Below are positions 9,987-20,515 of a DNA stretch of 23,404 nucleotides, in pieces. The stretch lies in assembly GCA_031425655.1 (NCBI GenBank), contig JANPJS010000111.1:1-23404 (forward strand). The letters are read 5' to 3'. Source of the stretch: Abditibacteriaceae bacterium. GTDB taxonomy: Bacteria; Armatimonadota; Abditibacteriia; Abditibacteriales; Abditibacteriaceae. Within the stretch, counting starts at the first letter, position 1; each line of letters begins with the position of its first letter. A program made the position numbers and the translations under genes. Below the pieces are notes generated by a model, which was not told where the DNA came from, made no database searches, and saw only the letters and a list, made by a program, of their open reading frames with translations.

Positions 9987-10054
9987 GCTGCATTTCATAA
10001 CCAAAGGTCTCCAAGCACATGCCCGCAGGCGAACACAAATCGGAGGAAATTACG

Positions 10055-11539
10055 ATGCGTTTCCGGTCGTTGCGAATCAGTCATTTCACGTCGCCCCTTT
10101 CTCCTAAGTCGCGTTTTTCCTCCGTTCGATTCAATGTCCCCACCATCTGCCGGGGTCTTGCTGGAACGGTGGCGCTTTTGGCCTGGGTTTCACCTTGCGC
10201 TGCGGCGGAGCCGGAGGCGGTCAATTACGACGAGCACATCAAGCCGATTTTTCGCCAGCACTGCCTGAGCTGCCACGGCGACGATAAGCAGCGAGCCGAT
10301 CTCAATCTCCAGTCCTTTGTGACGACGCTCAAAGGCGGCACCGGCGGCGCGGCAGTGGTGGCCGGGCGTGCCAGCCAGAGCCTGCTTTTCAAGTCCATAA
10401 CCGATCCGAACGACGAGGCGCGGATGCCTCCCAAAAAGCCCGCCATTCCGGCGGCGCAGATTGCCTTGATTCAGAAGTGGATTGACACGGGTTTGCGCGA
10501 GTCGGCGGGCGGCAAGTCGCTGGTGAGCGAGCGCGACCTGAGTTTCAAGCCCGCCGCCGAGGCAGGAAAAATGCCGGCGGTGCCCGCCATGCCCGAAAAA
10601 CTGCCGGAGGTGCGCGTGCCGACCACGCTGCGCCCCCTGCCGGTGCTGGCACTGGATGCCAGTCCGTGGGCTCCGCTACTGGCGGTGGCCGGGCAGGAGC
10701 ATGTGCGGCTGATCAATGTGGAAACGCAGGCCGAAGTGGGACGGCTGGCCTTTCCCGAAGGTCTGCCGCAGATGCTACGCTTTAGCCGCGATGGCGCAGT
10801 GCTGATGGCAGCCGGTGGTCGGCCGGTCGAGTCGGGCCGCGTGGTGCTCTTCGACGTAAAAACCGGCAAACGGCTTGCGGTCATTGGCGATGAGGTGGAC
10901 AGCGTGCTGGCTGCCGACCTCAGCGCCGATCAGCAGTTCGTGGCGCTGGGTGGTTCGGGCAAAGTCGTGAAGGTTTACTCCACCGCCGACCGCACGCTGA
11001 AATACAAAATCACTAAGCACACCGACTGGATCACCGCCGTGGCTTTCAGCCCCGACGGAAAGCAACTGGTCACGGCAGACCGCGCCGGCGGGCTGCACCT
11101 GTGGGATGCAGGCAGCGGGCGCGCTCTGCTGACGCTCGCGGAACATAAAGCCTCTATTCGCGCGCTGGATTGGCGCGCCGATTCGAAACTTCTGGCCTCG
11201 GCCGGCGAAGATGGTTTACTGATTTGGTGGGACGTGACGGACGGCTGGCCCGCCGTTTCCAAGCCGAACGCCCACCCGCCCACGCGGCCTGCGGGGTTTT
11301 ATGGCAAGCTGCCCAACGGCGTGCTGGCCGCGCGCTTCGACCAAAATGGCAACCTGTGCTCCGTGGGGCGCGACCGAACCGTTCGCCTCTGGGACGCCAA
11401 GGGCGCGCCGATCAAATCCTTTCCCCTGCCGCACGGACAGCCGCTCTGTGCCGCAATTTCTCACGATGCGAAAACGCTCGTTGCTGGCGATTCCATCGGC
11501 GGCATCCGCTTTTGGAAAGTGGACGAAGGCAAACCCTGA
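10055..11539 (+). CDS. Planctomycete cytochrome c (PSCyt1) plus WD40-repeat protein
   Basis: Heme motif CLSCH in '[14 protein letters not shown]...RMPPK...IQKWIDTG' and WD40 repeats ([15 protein letters not shown]...[14 protein letters not shown]...WWD). GGAGG at 10042-10046 supports ATG 10055. Confidence 0.88.
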   Translation: MRFRSLRISHFTSPLSPKSRFSSVRFNVPTICRGLAGTVALLAWVSPCAAAEPEAVNYDEHIKPIFRQHCLSCHGDDKQRADLNLQSFVTTLKGGTGGAAVVAGRASQSLLFKSITDPNDEARMPPKKPAIPAAQIALIQKWIDTGLRESAGGKSLVSERDLSFKPAAEAGKMPAVPAMPEKLPEVRVPTTLRPLPVLALDASPWAPLLAVAGQEHVRLINVETQAEVGRLAFPEGLPQMLRFSRDGAVLMAAGGRPVESGRVVLFDVKTGKRLAVIGDEVDSVLAADLSADQQFVALGGSGKVVKVYSTADRTLKYKITKHTDWITAVAFSPDGKQLVTADRAGGLHLWDAGSGRALLTLAEHKASIRALDWRADSKLLASAGEDGLLIWWDVTDGWPAVSKPNAHPPTRPAGFYGKLPNGVLAARFDQNGNLCSVGRDRTVRLWDAKGAPIKSFPLPHGQPLCAAISHDAKTLVAGDSIGGIRFWKVDEGKP

Positions 11540-11564
11540 TTCTTGGCAAGGCTTTTTTATCACC

Positions 11565-12965
11565 ATGAAACACAAAAAAAAATCTCACCCCGATGCCAAC
11601 CTGCAGGGCTGTGTGGACTACCGCTCGATGTCACGCCGTCAGGCGATTCAAATGGGCGTTTTCGGCGCACTGGGCCTTTCGATGGGCGATTTGTTTCGCA
11701 TGCAGGCGCAGGCCAAGGATGGCCAGTCGCTGAACATGGACAAGGGCAAGAAGCTCACGCCCAAGGCACTGAGCGTCATTCAAATCCATCTTGGCGGCGG
11801 GATGCCGCAACAGGAATCGTTTGACCCCAAGCCGGAGGCACCTTCGGAGATTCGCGGCGGTTTTGGTGTGGTTAAAACCAAGTCTGGCGAGTTTCTTAGC
11901 GAGAATTTCCCGCAGACCGCCAAAATTGCCGACAAAGTGACGCTGCTGCGCAGCGTGGTGGGTCGCATACCCGATCATCAACAAGCCACCTTTCATCTGT
12001 TCACCGGCTACATCCCCACGGCGGTGATTGACTACCCGCAAATGGGTTCGGTCGTCGCGCACGAGTTGGGTTTGCGCGGCGAGTTGCCGCCCTATGTGGC
12101 GATTCCCAGTAACAACGGATATGGCAGTGGCACTGGCTACCTCAGCAGCACTTACGGGCCGTTTGAACTCAACGCGAATCCATCAAAGGGCTACAGGGTG
12201 CGCGATTTTTCCATTCCGGGTGGCGTGTCGCTGGCGCGCTTCGACAACCGTCAGACCGCGCGGCAAATTATCGAAAAACGCCTCCGCACCTTGGAATCCG
12301 ACCCCGAAGTGCTCGGCACGATGGACGATTTCTACAAGCAGGCCTACAAGCTGCTCACCTCCGAGCAGGCGCAGGGGGCGTTTTTGCTGGACAAGGAAAC
12401 GGCGGAGACGCTGACACTCTATGGCAGCGAAGTCGTCGGTCTCAAAGGACCGGACAACAGGTTCCACACGAAGGGCTTGGCCGAGAAACTCGTGGTTGCC
12501 CGACGTTTGGTGGAATCTGGGGTGCGCTTTGTCACTGTGGATTACGCTGCTTGGGACTGTCATGTGGATGCCAAGAAGACCTGCCTCGACCACATGCCCG
12601 CGCTGGATGCCGGCATCGCCGGATTGATTACCGACCTCGACCGGCGCGGTTTGCTGGATACCACCATCGTTTGGGTCACCACCGAGTTTGGCCGCACGCC
12701 GAAGGTGAACAGAGACGCCGGGCGCGACCACTGGGCGCGCTGTTATTCCATGCTCATCGCGGGCGGTGGTTTCACGCGCGGCCAAATCTACGGCGCGAGC
12801 GACTCCACCGGCGCGGAGCCGGGCCGCGATGCGCTGCCATTGGAGGATCTGCTGGCAACGATCTATCACCAACTCGGCATTGATGCCGACAAAGAGCTGC
12901 TGGCCTTTGGCACGCGGCCCATTGAAATCGTCCACGGCAAATTCGTTCCCGCGCTGATTGGCTAA
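11565..12965 (+). CDS. DUF1501 domain protein with a Tat-like leader
   Basis: Motifs SRRQAIQMG...[40 protein letters not shown] and EFGRTPKVN...GRDHW. Confidence 0.9.
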   Translation: MKHKKKSHPDANLQGCVDYRSMSRRQAIQMGVFGALGLSMGDLFRMQAQAKDGQSLNMDKGKKLTPKALSVIQIHLGGGMPQQESFDPKPEAPSEIRGGFGVVKTKSGEFLSENFPQTAKIADKVTLLRSVVGRIPDHQQATFHLFTGYIPTAVIDYPQMGSVVAHELGLRGELPPYVAIPSNNGYGSGTGYLSSTYGPFELNANPSKGYRVRDFSIPGGVSLARFDNRQTARQIIEKRLRTLESDPEVLGTMDDFYKQAYKLLTSEQAQGAFLLDKETAETLTLYGSEVVGLKGPDNRFHTKGLAEKLVVARRLVESGVRFVTVDYAAWDCHVDAKKTCLDHMPALDAGIAGLITDLDRRGLLDTTIVWVTTEFGRTPKVNRDAGRDHWARCYSMLIAGGGFTRGQIYGASDSTGAEPGRDALPLEDLLATIYHQLGIDADKELLAFGTRPIEIVHGKFVPALIG

Positions 12966-12968
12966 ACC

Positions 12969-15455
12969 ATGAAACGCTTCCTTTTTCTTGTGGCGTTGAG
13001 CGTCCCGTTGCTGGCACTCACCGGCACTGCGCTGGCCGTCGGCCCGACGAATATCGAGCGCACCTTGCCGAGAACCGGACAGCGCGGCACGACGGTCGAG
13101 GTCATCATTCAGGGCGCGATTCTGCAAGACCCGAAGGAAGTGATTTTCTTCCGTCCTGGCATCCGCGCCATTGGAATCGAACAACTGCCGGACCTGAAAG
13201 ACCGCAATGGAGGCCCCATTCAACTGGCCCTCGTTGGCGGCGCGTTCATGCAGCAGCAGATGCGCTGCAAGTTCGAGATTGCGCCGGATTGCCCGCTCGG
13301 TGAGCACCCGTTTCGGATTCGCACCGCCACGGAACTCACCACCCTGGGCACGTTTCACGTAAGCCCCTTCCCCTGTGTGGATGAAAACGAAACCACGCCC
13401 TACACCAACGACACGTTGACGACCGCCGTGCCCGTAAAACCGAATCTGACCGTGCGCGGGCTTATGTATGGCAGAGGCACGCGTGGGGATGTGGATATCT
13501 ACCGCGTGCCTGCGGTGGCGGGACAGCAACTCACGGTGGAGGTGGATTCGGCGCGCATTGCCGACAATCACTATGGCGATTCGGAGTTCGATCTCGCGGT
13601 GCGCATTCTCGATGAAGCCGGGCGCGAGTTGGCGGTGAACGACGACAATCCGCTGAACCTGCAAGACCCCGTCGCCAGCGTGAAGCTACCGCGCGATGGT
13701 GTGGCCTACGTCGAAGTCAAACGTTCGGTTTACCAACAGCGGGACAGTCAGTATTGCGTCCATATTGGCACATTTCGCCGACCCATGGTGGCGTTTCCGG
13801 CGGGCGGTCAGTGCGGCCAAAAACAGGTGGTTCGTTTGCTCGGCGACCCGCTCGGCGAGTTCACCGAAAGCCTGGATGTTCCCACCACGCCGAGTGGCTT
13901 TGATTACTTTGGCAACGCGCCCTCGCCGGTGACGCTGCGTGCCAGTTCCTATCCGAATGTGTTGGAAAATCCGCAGCCGGGTGAACCTGCTGCGACGCAG
14001 CTTCCCGCCGCGCTCAATGGCATCATCAGCGGCCCGGATGAGGTGGACCGCTACCGTTTCGCCGCCAAAAAAGGAGCCCGTCTTCAGTTCCGCGTCTTCG
14101 CTGCCACCGTTGGCTCCACAATTGATGCAAAAATCGTGCTGCGCTCGGTGCCTGCTGATGGCAAGCCGGGAAAGGTGATTTTGGAGTCCGACGACGCCAA
14201 ACCCACGGACCACGACATCTTCGGCACCTCCTTTCGCAGCGGAGCGGGCCTCAAGGAGATGATGGACCCGTCCGTCATCTGGGACTGCGCGGAGGATGGC
14301 GACTATGTGCTGGAAGTGCTCGATTCCAGCGGCGTGGGCGGACCGCTCGGCGTTTACCGCGTGGAGGCCGCCCCGCCGCGTGACAACTTGTTTTTTGTGC
14401 TCAACAGCAACGTGTTCGACTGGTGCGAGGCGACACGCACCACCGGCCTCGCCGTGCCGCAGGGCGGCAGCCTCATGCTCACCCTGTTTATCATGCCTGG
14501 CCAGGGCGGCCGTTTTCCAGGTGAGTTCGATTTCGTCGCCCACGGCCTGCCCAAGGGCGTGACGTTGGTGCCAACGCGCGTCCGTGGGGGAGAAGCCTAC
14601 TGGCCAGTCCAATTTACTGCCTCAGCCGACGCGCCACCCGCTGGTGCCGTCATTACGCTGGAAGCGCGGCCCGTCAATCCGGCGATAAAAGTGACCGCCG
14701 TGTGCCAGCAGAACCTGCCGTTTATCAATCATTCCGGCGGCGATGCGTGGCGCACGGTGCGGCTTGACCGCTTCATCCTTGCCGTCACCGAGCCACCGCC
14801 TTTCAGCATCGAGTTTCAGCCACCTTCCATTCCGCTGGTGCGCAGCGGTGGGCTGGCGATTCCGGTCAAAATCGTCCGCCGTCCCGGTTTCGAGGGAGCC
14901 GTTTCCCTGCTCCCCGGCTGGCTCGCCCCCGGCGTCACGGCCAGCGTTCCGCTGTTGCTTCCGGCAGGCAAGTCTGAGGGCGAACTGCGCCTCACAGGCG
15001 GACCAAATGCGCCGCTGGTCACTTCGCCTTTCGCCATCACCGGCAGCACCGTGCGCGATGATTTCAGCGACTACGTCGGCACCGGCCACATCCGCGTCAC
15101 CTCAGTGCCATCCCTGCTCACCGTAGCCGCGCCCTTCGTGGAACTGACCAGCACGCTGCTCAGCATACGGCGCGGCGAGCGCAAGAAATTTGTGTGGGCG
15201 GTGCGACACAACAGCCCGCTGCCTGGCCCGGCGCAAGTGCGCCTTCTTGGCCTGCCCACCGGCGTGCGCATCGTGGAACCCCTGCCGGTGCTGACCCAGG
15301 GCGTCGCTGAAATCGCTTTTGAAATCGAAGCCACCGACGACGCGCTGCTGGGCCGCACCGGCGAACTCAACTGCGCCGTTGTCATCAACGCTGGCGGACA
15401 GGAAATTGAGCAGCGCACCGGCAAGGGCGCGCTGCGCATTGACCCCAAACTCTAA
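12969..15455 (+). CDS. Secreted PPC (pre-peptidase C-terminal)-like repeat protein typical of DUF1501 clusters
   Basis: Signal peptide, 'PRTGQRGTTVEVIIQG', 'GDVDIYRV...GQQLTVEV', 'NGIISGPDEVDRYRFAAKKG', and gene context. Confidence 0.8.
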   Translation: MKRFLFLVALSVPLLALTGTALAVGPTNIERTLPRTGQRGTTVEVIIQGAILQDPKEVIFFRPGIRAIGIEQLPDLKDRNGGPIQLALVGGAFMQQQMRCKFEIAPDCPLGEHPFRIRTATELTTLGTFHVSPFPCVDENETTPYTNDTLTTAVPVKPNLTVRGLMYGRGTRGDVDIYRVPAVAGQQLTVEVDSARIADNHYGDSEFDLAVRILDEAGRELAVNDDNPLNLQDPVASVKLPRDGVAYVEVKRSVYQQRDSQYCVHIGTFRRPMVAFPAGGQCGQKQVVRLLGDPLGEFTESLDVPTTPSGFDYFGNAPSPVTLRASSYPNVLENPQPGEPAATQLPAALNGIISGPDEVDRYRFAAKKGARLQFRVFAATVGSTIDAKIVLRSVPADGKPGKVILESDDAKPTDHDIFGTSFRSGAGLKEMMDPSVIWDCAEDGDYVLEVLDSSGVGGPLGVYRVEAAPPRDNLFFVLNSNVFDWCEATRTTGLAVPQGGSLMLTLFIMPGQGGRFPGEFDFVAHGLPKGVTLVPTRVRGGEAYWPVQFTASADAPPAGAVITLEARPVNPAIKVTAVCQQNLPFINHSGGDAWRTVRLDRFILAVTEPPPFSIEFQPPSIPLVRSGGLAIPVKIVRRPGFEGAVSLLPGWLAPGVTASVPLLLPAGKSEGELRLTGGPNAPLVTSPFAITGSTVRDDFSDYVGTGHIRVTSVPSLLTVAAPFVELTSTLLSIRRGERKKFVWAVRHNSPLPGPAQVRLLGLPTGVRIVEPLPVLTQGVAEIAFEIEATDDALLGRTGELNCAVVINAGGQEIEQRTGKGALRIDPKL

Positions 15456-15460
15456 CGCCC

Positions 15461-17704
15461 ATGCACCGAATTCTTTACGCTGCTTCGCAAACTATGCTCT
15501 GCGCACTGCTCTGCCTGAGTCTTTTTTTTGCGCCACAGGTTGGGGCGCAAAACAAACCCGCCAAAGCGCCAAGTTTCGGCCAGGATGTCATGCCGGTGCT
15601 CTTTCGCGCGGGCTGCAATGCCGGACCTTGCCACGGTGCCGCGCGTGGCAAAGACGGGTTCATGCTCTCGCTCTTTGGCTATGACCCCGCCGGCGACTAT
15701 TACCGCATCGTGGAAGACATGGCGGGCCGCCGCATCAACACTGCGGTGCCGGAGCAAAGCCTGTTGCTGCGCAAAGCCATCGGCGCGGTGCCGCACACCG
15801 GCGGCAAGCTGTTCGATGACAAAAGCGAATACTACGCGACGCTGCGCCGCTGGATTGCCGCCGGTGCGCCGGACGATGCCGCCGATGTGCCCGACACCGT
15901 GGGCTTGGAGGTATCGAAGAGCAGCTTCGTCTTCGAGGGCGGCGCGGGCAAGGACGCCCTACGCGTTTTCGCCTTGAACAGCGACGGCTCAAAACGCGAT
16001 GTCACCACGCTCGCGCGCTATCATTCCAACAACGCTTCGGTGGCGAAGATTGACGAAAACGGACGCATCACCGCCGGGCAGGCTGGCGACACCAACCTCT
16101 TTGCCCGATTTAGCCGTTTCTCGGTGGGGGCCAGCGTCATTGTGCTGCCTCGCGCCGACGGTTTTGTGTGGCCCAATCCGCCCGCCGCAAATTACATTGA
16201 CACGCAGGTTTTCGACCGCCTGAAAAAGCTGCGCATCGCTCCGTCGGAACTGTGCGATGACGAAACCTTCCTGCGCCGCATCACGATTGACCTCGCCGGC
16301 CGGCCGCCCACCGTGGCCGAATATCGCGCCTTCGTGGCCGATGGCGGCGCGGCCAAACGCGCCGCGAAAATTGACGAATTGCTGGCCGACGACCGCTTCG
16401 CTGATCTGTGGACGGCGATTTGGGCCGAGCAACTCCGTGTAATGGGCGGCAACTATGCACCCGATGCCACCCACGTCAAAGCCGCTGATGCCTTCTATGA
16501 GTGGATCCGCCGCCAATTGCGCACGGGCCGGCCGCTCAATGAGTTCGTGCGCGACATGGTGGTCGCCTCCGGCAGCAACCTCAACAACGGCCCGGTGAAC
16601 CTTTACACCATGATGACGCACAGCCCGAAGTTCACGCCCAAGGCCTTCGCCTCGGACTTCTCGCAGGTGTTTCTCGGCGTGCAATTGCAGTGCGCCGAAT
16701 GCCATAACCATCCCTCCGACCGCTGGAACATGGACGATTATTATGGATTCGTTAGCTTTTTCCAAGGCATGAAACGCAAAGGCGGCGTTGAGAGCCGCGA
16801 GACGCGCATTTATTACGACACCGCCGCCCCGCCTGCCATCAACGTGCGCGACGACCGCCCGATGCCTGCAAAAGTGTTGGGTGCCATTGAGCCTGTCGCA
16901 CAAGGCGGCGATCCGCGCCGCGCCCTCGCCGCATGGCTCACCTCGCCAGAGAACGACATGTTCAGCCGCAACCTCGCCAACCGCATTTGGGCGCAGATGA
17001 TGGGACGCGGCATCGTAAATCCGGTGGACGACGTGCGCGTGACCAACCCTCCCGCCAATGAGCCGCTGCTGCGCGAGTTGTCGAAGCGCCTGGTGCAATC
17101 GCGTTTCGATTTGCGCAGCTTGGTGCGCGATATCTGCAACTCGCGCACCTACCAACTCAGTTCCCGGCCCGAAAAGTCGAACGCGCGCGATAAGAGCCAG
17201 TTTTCCCACGCCTACCTGCGCCGCCTGCGCGCCGATGTGCTCATAGATTCAGTCGTCGCCGTCACCGGCGTGCCGCGCAATTTCAACGCTTTCCCCGAAG
17301 GCACCCGCGCCATTGATTTCTACCCGCGCCTCACTGGTGAAACCGAAGGCCCCAAATTTGGCGACAATTTTTTCAAGACCTTCGGCGCTTCCAGCCGCGC
17401 TTCCATCAGTTCCACCGAGATCAAATGCGCGCCGACCCTTTCTCAAACTCTGCACCTGTCGGTGGGCGACACCCTCAATTCGCGGCTATCCGCAGGCGGA
17501 AAATTACCAGCCCTCGTGGCCGCCAAAGCCACGCCCGAAGAAATCATTGAGGAACTTTTCCTGCTCACCCTCAGCCGCCGCCCCACCACACAAGAACTCA
17601 CCGACCTGCGCGCCCTCGTCGGCACCGACACCAAAAAACCGCAGGCCTACGAAGACATTTTCTGGGCGCTGCTCAACTCCACCGAGTTCCTGTTCAATCA
17701 CTGA
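15461..17704 (+). CDS. DUF1549 (PSCyt2)/DUF1553 (PSD1) protein with an Ig-like (Big_2) domain
   Basis: Motifs GCNAGPCHG, ELCDDETFLRRITIDLAGRPPT, QCAECHNHP, NRIWAQMMGRGIVNPVDD and C-terminal EDIFWALLNSTEFLFNH. Confidence 0.92.
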   Translation: MHRILYAASQTMLCALLCLSLFFAPQVGAQNKPAKAPSFGQDVMPVLFRAGCNAGPCHGAARGKDGFMLSLFGYDPAGDYYRIVEDMAGRRINTAVPEQSLLLRKAIGAVPHTGGKLFDDKSEYYATLRRWIAAGAPDDAADVPDTVGLEVSKSSFVFEGGAGKDALRVFALNSDGSKRDVTTLARYHSNNASVAKIDENGRITAGQAGDTNLFARFSRFSVGASVIVLPRADGFVWPNPPAANYIDTQVFDRLKKLRIAPSELCDDETFLRRITIDLAGRPPTVAEYRAFVADGGAAKRAAKIDELLADDRFADLWTAIWAEQLRVMGGNYAPDATHVKAADAFYEWIRRQLRTGRPLNEFVRDMVVASGSNLNNGPVNLYTMMTHSPKFTPKAFASDFSQVFLGVQLQCAECHNHPSDRWNMDDYYGFVSFFQGMKRKGGVESRETRIYYDTAAPPAINVRDDRPMPAKVLGAIEPVAQGGDPRRALAAWLTSPENDMFSRNLANRIWAQMMGRGIVNPVDDVRVTNPPANEPLLRELSKRLVQSRFDLRSLVRDICNSRTYQLSSRPEKSNARDKSQFSHAYLRRLRADVLIDSVVAVTGVPRNFNAFPEGTRAIDFYPRLTGETEGPKFGDNFFKTFGASSRASISSTEIKCAPTLSQTLHLSVGDTLNSRLSAGGKLPALVAAKATPEEIIEELFLLTLSRRPTTQELTDLRALVGTDTKKPQAYEDIFWALLNSTEFLFNH

Positions 17705-17813
17705 GCAGTTAGGTAGTCCCCACAGCCCCCTGTGCGGCTCTGCCTCATGCTGAATATGTTTTGCGTTTTCCGTCCTCAAAACAGAGGTTTCTGACCTCCG
17801 AACACATATACAA

Positions 17814-20081
17814 ATGAAAACCACGCAGCTTTCGAACCCACATCGTCCGTTTTTCGGGCACTCGCGTTTGGCCGCTCGCGGCACGAGCCATTTTCTGGCA
17901 GTCGTCTTTTGCTTGTGTTCATGGATGGCAGGGGCGGTCGGTGCCGCAGAAGTCACTGCCGGGATCGGGAGATTTGGCGAGATCTCCACTTGGCTGATTC
18001 TCAAGACTCCTGAAGCGATATGGCGGCTGGAAATGGACCCGTTCGCGCCCATGGGTGGCGAAGCCAAATATGCGGCGATGAGCGACCCGAAATTGCTCCC
18101 TTACCATGGCAAGGCGCTTGAAATTCCAGGTGCCAAACCCGGTGAGACGATGCGGATCGGCGACAGTGTGTGGGAGGCTGCGGCCATGGTGCCGCCTGAA
18201 ATGCCCGGCATCTGGAACGAATACCCTCGGCTTGTTGTCCCTGATGGCTATCGCTTCGCTTACTGCCAACTGGATAGCCCAAAAGATAGGCATGCCAACT
18301 TGCTGATGGGGTTGAGCGGCAATCAGTGCAAACTTTACTTCAACGGCAAGGATCTTGGGACATACAAAGGTGCTTTTGGCTGGGAGGCGGCGCGGGAGTT
18401 GCCGGTAGAACTGAAGCAGGGGGTCAACCATCTGGTCGTCCGCTTTACCAACGGCGCGAACTTTGCCTGCCGTCTTGTCGGGGAAAACGCCGAGCCGCTG
18501 CGAGACGTAAAAGTGCGAATTGCCGGCCCAACTCCACTTCCTCTGCGACAGGTGACGCCGACGCTCCTGCCGGACAATCAGAAACTGACGAGCCGGGCCA
18601 AAGAAATCCCGCCGCTGGCACCGCCCGAACATCCGGAGTTTCTGGGGGCAAAGCTGGCGCGCACCATGGCGTTGCTTGCGTCCGGCCGTTACACGCATCG
18701 TCCGGTGCGCATTCTTTTCGACGGGCAATCCATCGAGTCCGAGTGGACGGGATTACTGATTCAGCGCCTGCGCGAACGCTATCCCGAAACCACCATCATC
18801 GCGGAGAACCGCGCCATCGGCGGCTGGTTCGCCTGGCGGATGCAGAAGCTCCTCAAGCACGACATCCTGCGCGCACAGCCGGACTTGGTGCTGTTCAGCG
18901 CCTATCAGGGCACGGCAGAAGTGTGGGAGCGGTTCTTGAGCGAGATCCGCAGTGAGACCACGGCGGACATTATCATCCGCACGCAGCATATTGATGGCCA
19001 CTTCAAGCCGGAGACACCGCGTGAAGGAGCGGAAAGCATCATGCTGCGCCGGATGGCTCAAACTTACGACGCCGAACTGGTCGAAGTGACGAACGAATGG
19101 CGCGATTTCCTTGATGCCAACAAAATCGGGAACAAGGACCTGCTGCGCGACAACATTCACCTGAACGCCAAAGGCGAAACCCTGATGGCACTCCTTTACG
19201 AGCGTCACTTTACACACAATCCGGCAGGCCAACAGGGATGGGCCGACTCGGTGCGGCGCTTCGATGTCGGTCGTTTTCTCGAAGACAACAAGACCGACGA
19301 AATCGTGCTGGAAGGCGATGGCTGGACACGCACGGACCGTGGCTATGCCACGACGAATTCACCCAAGGACAACCTGAAACTGAAGTTCAACGGCACGCGA
19401 GTTGAGGTGATTCTGCCGCCCAAACACGCGGGCGCGGCCATTCTCATAGACGGCAAAAAGCCAAGCGAGTGGAACCTCTTCCACGGCACGCGCCCCGTTG
19501 GCCGCACCAATGAAAAGATAGAAATTGATCCACAGCCCAATATTCCGATGACGTATCACATCGGCAAAGCCATGCAGGAGGAGACCTGGGTGCTGACCGT
19601 GACACACGGGAATGCAGACGCGGACCCAAAAAAGGCGAATCAGCGCGTCAGGTTCAAGCTCACCGGCTCCAAGACTGGCCCCGACGGCGAGGGGCAAAGC
19701 GAGAGGAAGTTCGTCTCCAACAGCGGGCGAATAACGATTCTGCCGACGGATTGGACAACCGCCTTAAACCCGGTCGGCGAAAAGGATCCGCAATCAAATA
19801 TGCAGCCCTTCGCCAAACCCGTGCAAATCGTCTGGCACATTTTCCCCGATGGTCTCGACACGATTGCCGCCAAAAATGTTTGGATCAAGGATGCGGACTA
19901 CTACAGCGGGATGCCCTATGACTATGTCACCGTTGCCGATGGACTGCCCTGCGGTGTGCATGAATTGACGCTGTTGCCGCTGTCCGACGAGAAGAATACG
20001 AACCTGCCCTTCGTTATCTCAGGCGTGGAAGCGCATCGTCCCCCGTTGGCCCGTGACACGTCCGAGACCACCAAGCCATAA
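17814..20081 (+). CDS. Secreted multidomain SGNH/GDSL-like hydrolase
   Basis: Block I 'ILFDGQSI', block II 'ENRAIGG', 'QPDLVLF' and block V 'DNIHLN' (DxxH), with beta-rich N- and C-terminal domains. Confidence 0.7.
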   Translation: MKTTQLSNPHRPFFGHSRLAARGTSHFLAVVFCLCSWMAGAVGAAEVTAGIGRFGEISTWLILKTPEAIWRLEMDPFAPMGGEAKYAAMSDPKLLPYHGKALEIPGAKPGETMRIGDSVWEAAAMVPPEMPGIWNEYPRLVVPDGYRFAYCQLDSPKDRHANLLMGLSGNQCKLYFNGKDLGTYKGAFGWEAARELPVELKQGVNHLVVRFTNGANFACRLVGENAEPLRDVKVRIAGPTPLPLRQVTPTLLPDNQKLTSRAKEIPPLAPPEHPEFLGAKLARTMALLASGRYTHRPVRILFDGQSIESEWTGLLIQRLRERYPETTIIAENRAIGGWFAWRMQKLLKHDILRAQPDLVLFSAYQGTAEVWERFLSEIRSETTADIIIRTQHIDGHFKPETPREGAESIMLRRMAQTYDAELVEVTNEWRDFLDANKIGNKDLLRDNIHLNAKGETLMALLYERHFTHNPAGQQGWADSVRRFDVGRFLEDNKTDEIVLEGDGWTRTDRGYATTNSPKDNLKLKFNGTRVEVILPPKHAGAAILIDGKKPSEWNLFHGTRPVGRTNEKIEIDPQPNIPMTYHIGKAMQEETWVLTVTHGNADADPKKANQRVRFKLTGSKTGPDGEGQSERKFVSNSGRITILPTDWTTALNPVGEKDPQSNMQPFAKPVQIVWHIFPDGLDTIAAKNVWIKDADYYSGMPYDYVTVADGLPCGVHELTLLPLSDEKNTNLPFVISGVEAHRPPLARDTSETTKP

Positions 20082-20124
20082 GGCCGTCTCTCGGCGCGCC
20101 AACGCTGTCGCCCGGCGCGGCGAA

Positions 20125-20307
20125 TCCGGCGGCGGCGGAACCAATGCCGCGCTTAAATCCACGAACCCCGCGTGGGATTTCCAGTTCCTCATTCAGAAGC
20201 CCGAACTGATGAAGGACTACAGCTTCAAAGTGCGCACCTTGTTGCGTCCGAGATGCTCGCGAGATGAGATCCTCGCGGAGTTCATGAGGTGGAATCAAGC
20301 CAGGTGA
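20125..20307 (+). pseudogene. Orphan 3' tail of a conserved hypothetical PVC protein
   Basis: SGGGGTNAALKSTNPAWDFQFLIQKPELMKDYSFKVRTLLRPRCSRDEILAEFMRW. It is protein-like but has no start of its own. The 'SGGG..NPAWDFQF' motif is recalled from PVC hypothetical proteins. Confidence 0.6.
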
Positions 20308-20345
20308 GCTAAAGCGACTCGACCTCGGATGTATGGACACACTGC

Positions 20346-20504
20346 ATGAGCAACTCCACCAACCGCATCCCGGCCTGTCTTCTCGTCTTCGGCCTGATCA
20401 CTTTTTTTGCCAAAAACCACGATGTCTCCACCTTACACGCTGAGGTCATCACCGAACTCACCGCCCAACTCCGAAATCTGCCACCTCTCGCCTCGAAGCA
20501 ATGA
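20346..20504 (+). pseudogene. 52-aa head-tail chimeric mini-ORF (signal-peptide head plus sulfatase-like tail)
   Basis: MSNSTNRIPACLLVFGLITFFA|KNHDVSTLHAEVITELTAQLRNLPPLASKQ*. The tail resembles 'SNNVAAAHADVVKSLTAQM' in the downstream sulfatase. Confidence 0.55.
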
Positions 20505-20515
20505 ACGTCAAAACC

